DNA of 64,000 bases from Gemmatimonadota bacterium (GTDB lineage Bacteria > Gemmatimonadota > Gemmatimonadetes > Longimicrobiales > Gaopeijiaceae), in contig PBFD01000002.1 of NCBI GenBank assembly GCA_002718595.1, forward strand, positions 244,770 through 308,769. The letters are read 5' to 3'. Each line of letters begins with the position of its first letter. Positions within the stretch are counted from its first letter, which is position 1. The notes under the pieces were generated by a model, which was not told the DNA's origin, searched no databases, and was given only the letters and a program-made list of their open reading frames with translations. Positions 1 through 9,572 of the stretch are shown here, piece after piece. The position numbers were made by a program, and so were the translations under genes.

Positions 1-2484
1 CTGACAGATTCACTTCTGTGGACTTCAGGAGAGACTCTTACTGAAAGGTTAGGGCAAGAGCCAGTGCGAAGCACGGGTGTGATTTATGATGGAACAGAAG
101 AGCGGGGTTCGGCGTTCTCGGCTAACACAAGTGTTTCTGAAGGTGCTACCTGGATTTTGGCTGGCGATCTTCCCGCTATTTTCCCAGATACTTTGTTCGG
201 ACACGATATCATTTTTACTTCATGTGAAGAGACAGAGCCCCACTACCATTTTGCAGCAGGTGAACTGAAGGCAGTGGGTGGGAGTTGGTTGTTGGCTAGG
301 GATGTAACTTTGAATTTTTCGGATGTTCCAGTGCTTTGGTTGCCATTTATGTTCCAAAATACTGAAACGGGTAGGCATAGTGGAATTCTCACCCCGAGGT
401 TTGGGGTGAATGATATCGTGAGATCCTCACGAGGACAAAGTAGAAGGGTTTCTAATATTGGTTATTTTTGGGCGATCAATGATTACATGGATGCTACTGC
501 GAGTGGTGACTGGTGGAGTGATAATTTTACTTCTTTAACGGGAAATTTCCGTTATAGAATAAATGAGAAGTTTCTGAATGGCTCGACCAGTGTAAGACGC
601 TACTGGAGGAATAGTGGTGGTAATGAATTGTCCTACGACACTAGACATTCATGGCAGTTTGATGAACGAAGCATGTTTAGCTTCTCGGCCCGATATGCTT
701 CTAGTTCTCAGTTTGTGAGGGAAAATTCTTTCGACCCTAGAGAAGTCACTCAATCAATCAACTCGGAAGGGGGATTCAATAGACGATTCGATTGGGGAAA
801 TTTTTCTGTGACTGGTAATAGAAGACAGTTTTTAAGTGACGATCGAGTGGAAATGACCCTTCCAACCGCTAATGTGTCTTTAAAAAGTATCACTCTTTTC
901 AGAGCACCAGCCAGCCAGGCACGGTTCTATAACAATCTCACCTGGACGGGTAGTGGGAGATACACTAGGAGTTTGATAGACAGGCCAATGCAAATTGGTC
1001 AAGTGTTCTCGGATAACCTCGCCGATCAAGTGCGAACAGCTGGAGCGATCAGTAGTGCTTTTAACCTAGGGGCACTCTCGTGGGGTCAGTCGGTGATGTT
1101 TAATGAGAACACGATTAGGGATATCCCACATGCACAGAGCCAGGCATACTCAACATCAACATCGGTTTCGGACCAAACCGCAGCCGACCTTAACTGGAAT
1201 TCCAGTCTAGGGTATCAACAGCGATTAGTGGGAACCACCACGATTACACCAAGCCTCCAGGTATCAGGAGCACTTAAGCGGTCCAATGCAGAGTCGGTAA
1301 TGCATGATTTCGTTTCGGGTCCAAAGCGATTTAGCTTTGGTGCAAGATTGAAGAGTGATATATATGGTTATTTCGGTGGATTATTGGGTCTTGAGACGAT
1401 AAGGCACAAAATCTCTCCCTCATTGAGTTATAGCTACGCTCCACAGATACTTTCATCTGACTTACAAAAGACAGTCTTTGGAGTTTATGAAGGAAGTGCC
1501 ATGAACGTCGTCACTCTGGGATTCAACCAAACTTTCGAAGCTAAGCGAAGTGAGCAAAGTGAAGACGAAGGGCGAATCAGTGGTGAAGGTGTAGGTGATG
1601 CTTTGTCAGCTAGAGATTCCGTGGGTTCAGATACCTCTACTGGAAGTGGTCCTAGACGACCTCCACCATCTCGGGTGGTCAAGCTTTTGGGTATAAATAC
1701 TAGTGTTTTGAATTACGATTTTGTTCGTGCCAATCAAAACGACAGCAGGTTGATGGGGTTCACCACCACTCGGATGCAGAATCAATTGAGTTCTGATCTG
1801 TTGAGGGGTTTACAGATTTCGATGGAACATGATCTTTTCACGAGTGGTGATGACGGAATTCGCAAGTTTGATCCAGATTTGTCGCAGCTGAATTTATCTT
1901 TTTCCATGAATTCGAGGTCAGAGATAATTCAAAGTGTCTACAGATTCTTAGGTTTGGAAGGAGGCACGACGACTACTAGGTCAGATGTTAGAGAATCAAA
2001 TTCAGGAGAGAACTTTGATCCTCTTAACCCCTTGTACGATGGTACTTCCAACACAAGTCCTACGGATGAATCAAGTGTGATTCCTGGAGCAGGTTCCAAT
2101 GATGTGAATCCAGGTGAAAATCCAGATCAAGCTTCAGCTTCAAATCGACAGGGTCCTTCCTGGGACAGCAATTTCGCTTATTCCTTGAGAAGAAGTCGAT
2201 ATTCAGAGCATGTAGGAAGCCAACTCCTTCAGGTGGGTTTTCGTCTAAAGCCAACTGAAGAATGGAACCTAAGCTGGAGGACTGCGTATGATATCGATAT
2301 CGGGAATTTCACCGATCATTCGATTCGACTGTCCAGAAATTTACATCGCTGGGAAGCTAATTTCGATTTTGTGCAGACTGTCACAGGAAACTGGAGTTTC
2401 CGCTTTGAAGTTGCCCTTACCGACAATAGAGATCTAAAGTTTGACTATGATCAAAGAAGTACGGATTTTTCAAACCGGTATTAG
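1..2484 (+). CDS. LptD/OstA-like outer-membrane beta-barrel protein (5' end cut by window edge)
   Basis: The frame is open from nt 1 with no stop before the GTG at 64, so the gene probably starts upstream. It encodes >800 aa rich in N/S/R/aromatic alternating stretches typical of large beta-barrels and ends in an aromatic residue (FSNRY). The resemblance to FCB-type LPS-assembly LptD proteins is from memory only. Confidence 0.5.
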   Translation: MTDSLLWTSGETLTERLGQEPVRSTGVIYDGTEERGSAFSANTSVSEGATWILAGDLPAIFPDTLFGHDIIFTSCEETEPHYHFAAGELKAVGGSWLLARDVTLNFSDVPVLWLPFMFQNTETGRHSGILTPRFGVNDIVRSSRGQSRRVSNIGYFWAINDYMDATASGDWWSDNFTSLTGNFRYRINEKFLNGSTSVRRYWRNSGGNELSYDTRHSWQFDERSMFSFSARYASSSQFVRENSFDPREVTQSINSEGGFNRRFDWGNFSVTGNRRQFLSDDRVEMTLPTANVSLKSITLFRAPASQARFYNNLTWTGSGRYTRSLIDRPMQIGQVFSDNLADQVRTAGAISSAFNLGALSWGQSVMFNENTIRDIPHAQSQAYSTSTSVSDQTAADLNWNSSLGYQQRLVGTTTITPSLQVSGALKRSNAESVMHDFVSGPKRFSFGARLKSDIYGYFGGLLGLETIRHKISPSLSYSYAPQILSSDLQKTVFGVYEGSAMNVVTLGFNQTFEAKRSEQSEDEGRISGEGVGDALSARDSVGSDTSTGSGPRRPPPSRVVKLLGINTSVLNYDFVRANQNDSRLMGFTTTRMQNQLSSDLLRGLQISMEHDLFTSGDDGIRKFDPDLSQLNLSFSMNSRSEIIQSVYRFLGLEGGTTTTRSDVRESNSGENFDPLNPLYDGTSNTSPTDESSVIPGAGSNDVNPGENPDQASASNRQGPSWDSNFAYSLRRSRYSEHVGSQLLQVGFRLKPTEEWNLSWRTAYDIDIGNFTDHSIRLSRNLHRWEANFDFVQTVTGNWSFRFEVALTDNRDLKFDYDQRSTDFSNRY

Positions 2485-2546
2485 TGCCTTATCAGCTACA
2501 CCCTTAGAAAGCCCCTATACTATCTTGGAGTGGGGGCTAGGCCAAC

Positions 2547-2642
2547 ATGGGTATTAAAGTTCTGGTATTCATTGCATCAGTAGTGGCTCTTCTCGGTATA
2601 GGCCTAGTCCTCCTCAATGCTTTGTGGTGGTTCATTAGTTAA
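2547..2642 (+). CDS. Possible 31-aa hydrophobic single-TM peptide (MGIKVLVFIASVVALLGIGLVLLNALWWFIS)
   Basis: ATG-to-TAA ORF translated by hand in the 300-nt LptD-like/polyprenyl synthase gap. It is below the ORF-track size cutoff. GGAG lies about 16 nt upstream and the peptide is one clean TM helix. No homology evidence. Confidence 0.25.
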   Translation: MGIKVLVFIASVVALLGIGLVLLNALWWFIS

Positions 2643-2787
2643 CGCTATCACCAAAGAATTCACTCAATTTTTCTACTAATTCTTTTTCCAATTCTTCAGG
2701 GCTTTTCTGTGTTGTAACTGTTAGTATCTTATTAAACCATATGTTGTTTGATGGAGTATTTCCACGCGCAACTAGGAATAACTATTG

Positions 2788-3795
2788 ATGGCAAGAAAAA
2801 TAGATAGCATGGTTGGAGAGACTGAGTTAAGTATGTCTTCTATTCAGACGACGGTCTCAGATCGTCTAGAAGCTGTGCAGAAAGAGTTAAGTAGAATTGT
2901 GGTCTCTGACTTCGGTATGATAGAGGAAGTAAACCAGTGTCTATTGGCAATGAAAGGGAAGTTGTTTAGACCGACCCTTGTTCTTCTGGCTAATGAAGTT
3001 GGCCAAGAACCCACTGAAGATGCCGTAACTTTAGGAGCCATACTAGAGCTGGTGCATTTGGCCACTTTGGTACACGATGATGCGGTAGATCACAGTGTTC
3101 TGAGAAGAGGACTTCCTACTGTTAATGCACTGTGGACTCATCAAGTAGCAGTGATAATGGGTGATTATCTATACAGCAGATCTGTAAGCGAGCTAGTCCA
3201 GATGAAGAAATACTCTGCTCTTTCAGTTCTTGCTAATGCTACGAATCAGATGAGTATCGGTGAAATGAGGCAGTTGACCTCTATAGATGCCCTTGGCTTC
3301 AGTGAGGGCGACTATAACCGTCTAATTGAGTGTAAGACTGCTTCTTTAATATCGGCCTCCTGTGAGATAGGGGCTTTGGAAGGTCAAGGGGAACATAGCC
3401 AGTCTTTAGCAGATTTTGGACATAATCTCGGGATGGCTTTTCAGATAGCTGATGATCTCTTGGATTACAAAGGGGAAGTGTCGGTCACAGGAAAACCTTC
3501 AGGACATGACTTGAGGGAGCACAAAGTCACTCTTCCTTTAGTTGCATCTTTAAACAACATGTCTGAGCTTGAGTTACAGGAAACAAGAAAGTTTTTTACA
3601 CTAATTCAGCCTACGGATAGAGATATCGAAAAACTGGTAGAAATTGTCATTGAAAACGGAGGATTGGATTATGCAGAAGGGCAGGCGCAAATGTATGCTG
3701 AACGGGCGAGAGAGATCCTTTGGAGTTTACCTGAAAGTCCTGCTGTAACAGCTCTGGAAAATGCGGTAACATATACAGTAACAAGGGATCGATAG
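2788..3795 (+). CDS. Long-chain trans-polyprenyl diphosphate synthase (IspB/HepT-like)
   Basis: Both aspartate-rich motifs are present (LVHDDAVDHSVLRRG and FQIADDLLDY), plus the KPSGHDLREHKVTLP motif. Size is about 335 aa. Chain length cannot be read from the sequence. Confidence 0.9.
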   Translation: MARKIDSMVGETELSMSSIQTTVSDRLEAVQKELSRIVVSDFGMIEEVNQCLLAMKGKLFRPTLVLLANEVGQEPTEDAVTLGAILELVHLATLVHDDAVDHSVLRRGLPTVNALWTHQVAVIMGDYLYSRSVSELVQMKKYSALSVLANATNQMSIGEMRQLTSIDALGFSEGDYNRLIECKTASLISASCEIGALEGQGEHSQSLADFGHNLGMAFQIADDLLDYKGEVSVTGKPSGHDLREHKVTLPLVASLNNMSELELQETRKFFTLIQPTDRDIEKLVEIVIENGGLDYAEGQAQMYAERAREILWSLPESPAVTALENAVTYTVTRDR

Positions 3796-3872
3796 TAATA
3801 TAGATGAAAGGTGAATTCGTTTTTATTGGGAAGGATCACATATACCTGGGTGCTTTTTATGGAAGGTTCTAA

Positions 3873-4151
3873 ATGCTAGGTAGCCACCAACGAAGAAGTA
3901 AGACTCGTTTGATCTGGACGCTAATTTTGGGCCTAATGCTTGGAGGGTTGTTCACACAGCTGAGTAATATCTTTTTGCCACAGAGTGCTGCAAAATCTTT
4001 TCTCACTACAGCGGTTGAGGCATCGTTGGGGCCACTGTCGATAGATTTGGTTGCGGTAGCTCTGACCATTGGGCCTCTTACTCTCAGCTTGAATGTGTTA
4101 ACCCTAGTAGGAATCACAGTTGTGACATTTATTGTTCGTTCTTGGATATAA
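3873..4151 (+). CDS. Small membrane protein, DUF4321-like
   Basis: 92 aa with an N-terminal TM, then KSFLTTAVEASLGPLSIDLVAVALTIGPLTLSLNVLTLVG and a C-terminal FIVRSW. The pattern matches my recollection of the DUF4321 family. GGAAGG lies upstream. Confidence 0.55.
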   Translation: MLGSHQRRSKTRLIWTLILGLMLGGLFTQLSNIFLPQSAAKSFLTTAVEASLGPLSIDLVAVALTIGPLTLSLNVLTLVGITVVTFIVRSWI

Positions 4152-4182
4152 TAGTCGTTAGGATCATTTAAGGAGGTTTGTC

Positions 4183-4500
4183 ATGGGACTAGGTGGACTG
4201 GGAATGATGGAGATGATTTTGATCTTCATGGTTGTGTTGCTTCTTTTCGGGGCTAAAAGGTTGCCAGAGATTGGCTCTTCACTGGGAAAAGGAATTAGGG
4301 AATTCAAGGGGTCAATCCGAGAAATAGAAAAGGAGGTTAAGTCTGCTGGTGAAACTGATACAGAGTCCCTAACTGCTTCGACCAATCCGGTTCAAGAACT
4401 TAGGACTTTGACTGATTCCGATGAGAGTCCACATCGATCTGATATGCAAAACATCGGAGAAGATGAATCTCAGCCAGATGAAAAAGAAGATTCAGAATAA
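4183..4500 (+). CDS. tatA: Twin-arginine translocase subunit TatA/E
   Basis: N-terminal TM followed by the FGAKRLPEIGSSLGKGIREFK amphipathic-helix signature. It has an acidic C-terminal tail and a strong AAGGAGG 6 nt upstream of the ATG. Confidence 0.9.
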   Translation: MGLGGLGMMEMILIFMVVLLLFGAKRLPEIGSSLGKGIREFKGSIREIEKEVKSAGETDTESLTASTNPVQELRTLTDSDESPHRSDMQNIGEDESQPDEKEDSE

Positions 4501-4526
4501 GATTAGGTTCGTCACACTAGAGTTTA

Positions 4527-6359
4527 CTAAAAGACCAGTGGCATTTGTTGCTGTGCAGAGGCATCTGGATCAGCGTTTAAAACTTCATCTCTTCTGTCAT
4601 TAATTCTAGCAACGGATCTAAGACTTTCAATCCATTCCTGCAGACGTGTTTGCTGGGCAATCGCAGTGAGCTGAGTGCGCAGATCTCCAGATTCGGAAGC
4701 AAAGACTAGGCTGTCTGGCGGAGTATGATCCAGTAGCTGAAGAATAAATACATTGTTGTTGGCCTCAATAACGTCACTGAATTCCCCTATATTTAGTCCA
4801 AATCCAGCTCCAGTTGCAGCGTTTAATCGGCCCAATCCTTGAGCGAAGTCTAAACGCGTATAGGGTCCAGCCTCCTGTATCTCCAAGTCCAAATTTGAGG
4901 CCAATTCTTCTAGCGCAACGTCCTCATTCAACTCATTTAGAACCTCACTTGCTTGATCTTTTCCATTCTCAATCTTTTTACTATTAGCAAGGGTTTGTTC
5001 TATAGATGGGGTTGCATCTTCAAGGCTCACTGTTCCGGCTTCCTGAATCTCAAGTATTTCTAGCATATAGAATGCTTCTCTAGTCTCAAACAGTGGACTC
5101 ACGTCACCTTCAGAAGCTTCTTCTTCGAATACCCACTCAGAAGCCTCACCAACTTCTCCAGCACCAGCTATGAAAGAAAATTCTGGATTAAGGACAGCGG
5201 TTCCAGTAACAAGGCCGAGAGCTTCAGAGGCCTCTTTAAAACCTTCGTTTTCTCCCAGTTCTTCAAGTGAGTCTGCCAGTATCAGGAGCTCTAATTCGGA
5301 ATCATCTGTTCTTCGAATAGGTACTAATACATGACGTGCTTGAATACTATCTCCAGCCTGGTCTTGCACTTCTATTATATGGAAACCGAACGAGGTCTGA
5401 ACTGGGGTAGTAATTTCTCCTACTTGTGCGGAGAAGGCTGCTTCTGAGAACTCAGGAACCATTTGGTCTCGACTAAACCACCCTAATTCCCCTGAACCCC
5501 CCAAAAGATCTGGTCTGGTGATGACTTCTTCAAAGGGATCTCCATCCATCAGTTGTTGCCTTATATCCATAGCCAACTCTGCTGCCGCTAGTGTATCACT
5601 GGCAGTTGGAGTTTTGTCCATGACAATGGTTCCAACGGTCGCCTGTGCTGGGAAACTAAACTCATCTGGATTGCTATTGTAGTAGTTCCTAACCTCTTCG
5701 ACGCCGACGTTTACTTCAGAATCAGGAATTCGCTGGACTGGGTTAAACGCAAGATATCTCACTGAGATAGCTTCGTTGCGATCTCGAAATTCATCCCAAA
5801 GGGATGCTTCTGTCAGATAAATATCGGAAGATACTTGACGAAGTAATTTTCCTCTTGGAATGACTTCTCTGTAATAAGATTCTAATTGCAAGAGAAAAAG
5901 TTGGTCTATGGTGGGTGAGGATAGATAAGCTTGGTACTTCTGAATATCAAAGACTCCATCGGTTTGAAAGGATGGGCTCGACTGAAATTCGGGGGGTGGA
6001 CTAAAACGAGCTGCACTAAGGATTTCACTATCTGTTACTACGATACCTCTCCTTTCCAGTTCCTGCATTATCAGCACTTGATCGACCACTTCGTCCCATG
6101 CTGCATCTTCAATGTCTTTTATCTGTTGAGTTGTGACGGGATCTTCTTGCGCAGTCTGCACTTGGTCAAACAGCCGTCTGTATGTTTGGTTAAAGTCGTC
6201 ATAAAGTACTGGCGTTCCATTGACACGACCAATTTCACCAGTCGTCATGCCACCCTGTCCAGTAATATCCATGCCCCATTGGAATATCATTAGTCCTACA
6301 AAGGCGGTTGCCGTCAACAGCATTATCCACTTAGTATTGTCCCGCATTTGACGCATCAT
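4527..6359 (-). CDS. PpiD/SurA-like periplasmic chaperone with parvulin PPIase domain
   Basis: The N-terminus MMRQMRDNTKWIMLL plus a TM anchor is typical of PpiD-like proteins. A parvulin motif is present (SFGFHIIEV). I prefer the ATGATG at 6359 over the ORF-track start at 6401. This is the only minus-strand gene in the window. Confidence 0.8.
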   Translation of the reverse strand: MMRQMRDNTKWIMLLTATAFVGLMIFQWGMDITGQGGMTTGEIGRVNGTPVLYDDFNQTYRRLFDQVQTAQEDPVTTQQIKDIEDAAWDEVVDQVLIMQELERRGIVVTDSEILSAARFSPPPEFQSSPSFQTDGVFDIQKYQAYLSSPTIDQLFLLQLESYYREVIPRGKLLRQVSSDIYLTEASLWDEFRDRNEAISVRYLAFNPVQRIPDSEVNVGVEEVRNYYNSNPDEFSFPAQATVGTIVMDKTPTASDTLAAAELAMDIRQQLMDGDPFEEVITRPDLLGGSGELGWFSRDQMVPEFSEAAFSAQVGEITTPVQTSFGFHIIEVQDQAGDSIQARHVLVPIRRTDDSELELLILADSLEELGENEGFKEASEALGLVTGTAVLNPEFSFIAGAGEVGEASEWVFEEEASEGDVSPLFETREAFYMLEILEIQEAGTVSLEDATPSIEQTLANSKKIENGKDQASEVLNELNEDVALEELASNLDLEIQEAGPYTRLDFAQGLGRLNAATGAGFGLNIGEFSDVIEANNNVFILQLLDHTPPDSLVFASESGDLRTQLTAIAQQTRLQEWIESLRSVARINDRRDEVLNADPDASAQQQMPLVF

Positions 6360-6464
6360 AGACCAACAGCTCCGAAAGTGTTTGAGTCTTAGTAAGCCCA
6401 CTTTAATGTTTCTTTAAGTGACTGGAAACCTAACCCTACTGTATCGGTCTCTCAACCTTTCTCG

Positions 6465-6494
6465 TTGACACCTTTTCTCAAGGATTGGTATCTT
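6465..6494 (+). promoter_or_regulatory. Candidate sigma70-type promoter upstream of aroQ
   Basis: TTGACA (6465-6470), 18-nt spacer, TATCTT (6489-6494), about 100 nt upstream of the aroQ ATG. The -10 element is weak. Confidence 0.3.
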
Positions 6495-6595
6495 TAATGG
6501 CTACTGTAAAAAGGTAAATCAAGTTGCAACGTTTGTAGAATGAGGGAAATGGTTTCGGACTAATATTCTGAGGCCACCTATATGGAGGTCATTAG

Positions 6596-7033
6596 ATGAG
6601 GATTGCAGTAATACATGGACCGAATCTTCGCCGATTGGGCAAGCGGGAACCGGAGGTGTACGGCACGGCAACTCTAGCCGATATAAATTCTGCACTAGCG
6701 GATCTTGCTGGAGAAATTGGTGCTGAAGTTGAAAGCTTCCAATCCAATTCGGAGGGTCAAATTTTAGATTTTATTGAGGAAGCAAGTGCTCGGGTTGATG
6801 GATTTTTAGTCAATCCAGGAGGATTAACCCATACGAGTATCACTCTGAGGGATGGTTTAGTAGGTGTCGAATTACCATTCGTGGAGGTACATCTCTCTAA
6901 TACTGCTAATAGGGAACGGTTCAGGAAACATTCTTACTTGGCACCCGTAGCAGAAGGAGTAATTATAGGTTTCGGCACCGAAAGCTATCTTCTAGGTCTA
7001 AGAGGTATAGTAGCTCACATAGCCAATCGATAG
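6596..7033 (+). CDS. aroQ: 3-dehydroquinate dehydratase, type II
   Basis: The N-terminus reads MRIAVIHGPNLRRLGKREPEVYG. NPGGLTHTSI and VEVHLSNTANRE motifs are present. 145 aa. Confidence 0.9.
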   Translation: MRIAVIHGPNLRRLGKREPEVYGTATLADINSALADLAGEIGAEVESFQSNSEGQILDFIEEASARVDGFLVNPGGLTHTSITLRDGLVGVELPFVEVHLSNTANRERFRKHSYLAPVAEGVIIGFGTESYLLGLRGIVAHIANR

Positions 7034-7070
7034 TTTTAATCGATAAGGCTTCCATATTAGGACAATAATA

Positions 7071-7637
7071 ATGGCTTCAACTGCAGATTTTAGAAATGGC
7101 ATGGTTCTAGAAATCAATAGCCAACTTTGGACAATTACCTATTTTCAGCACGTCAAACCTGGTAAAGGCGGTGCCTTCGTGAGGACTAAGTTGAAAAACG
7201 TGTTGAGCGGAGCTGTAGTTGATAAAACTTACAGGGCTGGGGAGAAGGTGGTAACGGTCAGGCTGGAGCGCCGACCTGTTTCCTACAGCTATTCGGATGG
7301 TCACCTGTACTATTTCATGGACCAGGAAAGTTATGAAATGATTCCAATTTCAGGAGACTTGCTAGGTGTCGACCAGTTAAAGTACTTGAAAGAAAACATG
7401 GCCTGCGAGGGGTTGGTTCACAACGAGGAAGTGATTAGCGTAGAGTTACCACAGTTTGTTGAATTAACAGTTTCTGAAACAGATCCCGGCGTGCGGGGTG
7501 ATACTGCGCAGGGTGGTAGCAAGCCAGCAAAGTTAGAGACGGGAGCGCTGATCCAGGTTCCACTCTTCATTGAAAAGGGGGATGTTTTGAAAATAGACCG
7601 CACCGAAGATAAGTATCTGACTAGGGTCTCAGAATAA
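7071..7637 (+). CDS. efp: Elongation factor P
   Basis: Contains [17 protein letters not shown], with the conserved modified-loop K/R region. 188 aa with typical EF-P domain order. Confidence 0.95.
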   Translation: MASTADFRNGMVLEINSQLWTITYFQHVKPGKGGAFVRTKLKNVLSGAVVDKTYRAGEKVVTVRLERRPVSYSYSDGHLYYFMDQESYEMIPISGDLLGVDQLKYLKENMACEGLVHNEEVISVELPQFVELTVSETDPGVRGDTAQGGSKPAKLETGALIQVPLFIEKGDVLKIDRTEDKYLTRVSE

Positions 7638-8119
7638 TGATGGATCTTGAGTTTTTGAGGAATTTGATCGAAATAATCGAAGACAGTGACCTCGATACCA
7701 TTGAACTGGAACATGAAGGCACAAAGATTAAGTTGGCGAAGGCTTCTGGTAAGGAAGCTGGCTGGTCGGTTAATGCTCCTGACTTGTCCATGAAAGACAA
7801 TCCTTCTCCGTTAGTGGATGAAGTGGTTTCTGCAGAAACAGTCTCAACGGTGGAAGCTGAGACTGGGGCGAATTCTAACCTTATTGAGGTCAAGTCTCCC
7901 ATGGTAGGTACTTTATACGCTGCGTCGTCTCCCGATGCTGATAGCTACGTCAAGGTTGGTTCGCGGGTGAACGCAGGTGACACTCTGTGTATACTAGAAG
8001 CCATGAAGCTGATGAACGAACTGGAAGCTGAAGTTTCTGGAGTAATTGAAGAGGTATGTGTCCAAAACGGAGAGCCCGTTCAGTACGGACAGGTCCTGTT
8101 TCTTCTCAATCCTAGCTGA
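7637..8119 (+). CDS. accB: Biotin carboxyl carrier protein of acetyl-CoA carboxylase
   Basis: C-terminal biotinyl domain with the EAMKLMNE motif. The start overlaps the efp stop by 1 nt (TAATG). It sits upstream of accC. Confidence 0.9.
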   Translation: MMDLEFLRNLIEIIEDSDLDTIELEHEGTKIKLAKASGKEAGWSVNAPDLSMKDNPSPLVDEVVSAETVSTVEAETGANSNLIEVKSPMVGTLYAASSPDADSYVKVGSRVNAGDTLCILEAMKLMNELEAEVSGVIEEVCVQNGEPVQYGQVLFLLNPS

Positions 8120-8198
8120 GGTCTAATAGATCCAGTGATGAGCAATCTCTCGCTCGCCAATTCCCAGCTAAGCACATGGGCATTTCATTTTTCTTCCT

Positions 8199-9572
8199 GT
8201 GATATGGGGTGTCCTCTTGTTTAAGAAACTTCTGATTGCAAATAGAGGGGAGATAGCGTTACGTATAATCCGGGCCTGTAAGGAGCTTGGAATTAAGACG
8301 GTGGCGGTATATTCAGAGGCTGATAAAGATTCGTTACACGCCCGTTTCGCTGATGAGTCCATATGTATTGGCCCCAATTCGCCTAGCGAAAGTTATCTAG
8401 ATGTGGCAAGGATTATTGCTGCTGTAGAGATTACTGGCGCTGAGGCCATTCATCCTGGCTATGGTTTTCTGGCAGAAAATGCTGATTTCAGTGAGATTTG
8501 CGAGCGTTCGAAAATTGTTTTTATTGGTCCGAACGCAGACCAGATAGAAGCTATGGGTGACAAAGCAACTGCCCGAGAGACTATGCAACAAATAGGGGTG
8601 CCGACGGTACCGGGATCAGACGGATTAGTTGCCGACCTAAAGGATGCCAAATCAATTGCTTCTGAGATTGGATATCCAGTGATGATTAAAGCTTCTGCTG
8701 GCGGTGGAGGAAAAGGTATGAGGGTGGTTCAGAACGAGGAAGAGTTGTCTAAATCTTTTGATACTACTCAGGCCGAGGCAAAGTCAACATTTGGGAATTC
8801 AGACGTATATATAGAAAAATATATTTCTGAGATCAGACATGTAGAAATTCAAATTTTTGGAGATTCTCACGGTAAGGTGCTCCACTTAGGTGAAAGAGAT
8901 TGCTCCACTCAGAGAAGACATCAGAAGCTAATTGAAGAATCTCCCGCACCGGGAATGACGTCCGAGATGCGTCGACAAATGGGCGAAACTGCGATCATGG
9001 CTGGTCAGGGAATAGATTATGTGGGCGCTGGGACCGTAGAATTCTTGGTGGACCCAGAAGGAAACTATTATTTCATAGAGATGAATACTCGTATTCAAGT
9101 GGAACATCCAGTCACAGAGGTCGTGACTGGTCTTGATCTTGTAAAAGAACAAATCCGGGTGGCTTTTGGAGAAGCCCTTTCGTTTCCATCTGGCGAACCG
9201 TCTATACAAGGCCACGCCATCGAATTTCGTATAAATGCTGAAGACCCAGCTCAAAATTTTATGCCCAGTCCGGGTTGTGTTGAGACTTTTCAACCACCAG
9301 GAGGTCCCGGAATAAGATTGGACACCCATCTTTATACGGGCTACCAGGTGCCGCCATATTACGATTCTCTGCTGGCTAAGCTCATTGTAAGTGGAAGCAA
9401 TCGGGAAGAAGCTATAGTCCGTGGGAGACATGCTTTAGACTCCTTCGTCATTGAAGGTGTGAAGACTTCCATTCCGTTCCTTTCTGATATTACGAGAGAT
9501 GATGATTTTATGACTGGAGGTGTAGATACGGGCTTTGTTGAAAAGTTCATGCAACGTTGGGTTAAACGATAA
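8199..9572 (+). CDS. accC: Biotin carboxylase subunit of acetyl-CoA carboxylase
   Basis: Contains KKLLIANRGEIALRIIRA, the ATP-grasp glycine loop KASAGGGGKGMRV, and EMNTRIQVEHPVTE. The real start may be the TTG at 8217. Confidence 0.95.
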   Translation: MIWGVLLFKKLLIANRGEIALRIIRACKELGIKTVAVYSEADKDSLHARFADESICIGPNSPSESYLDVARIIAAVEITGAEAIHPGYGFLAENADFSEICERSKIVFIGPNADQIEAMGDKATARETMQQIGVPTVPGSDGLVADLKDAKSIASEIGYPVMIKASAGGGGKGMRVVQNEEELSKSFDTTQAEAKSTFGNSDVYIEKYISEIRHVEIQIFGDSHGKVLHLGERDCSTQRRHQKLIEESPAPGMTSEMRRQMGETAIMAGQGIDYVGAGTVEFLVDPEGNYYFIEMNTRIQVEHPVTEVVTGLDLVKEQIRVAFGEALSFPSGEPSIQGHAIEFRINAEDPAQNFMPSPGCVETFQPPGGPGIRLDTHLYTGYQVPPYYDSLLAKLIVSGSNREEAIVRGRHALDSFVIEGVKTSIPFLSDITRDDDFMTGGVDTGFVEKFMQRWVKR

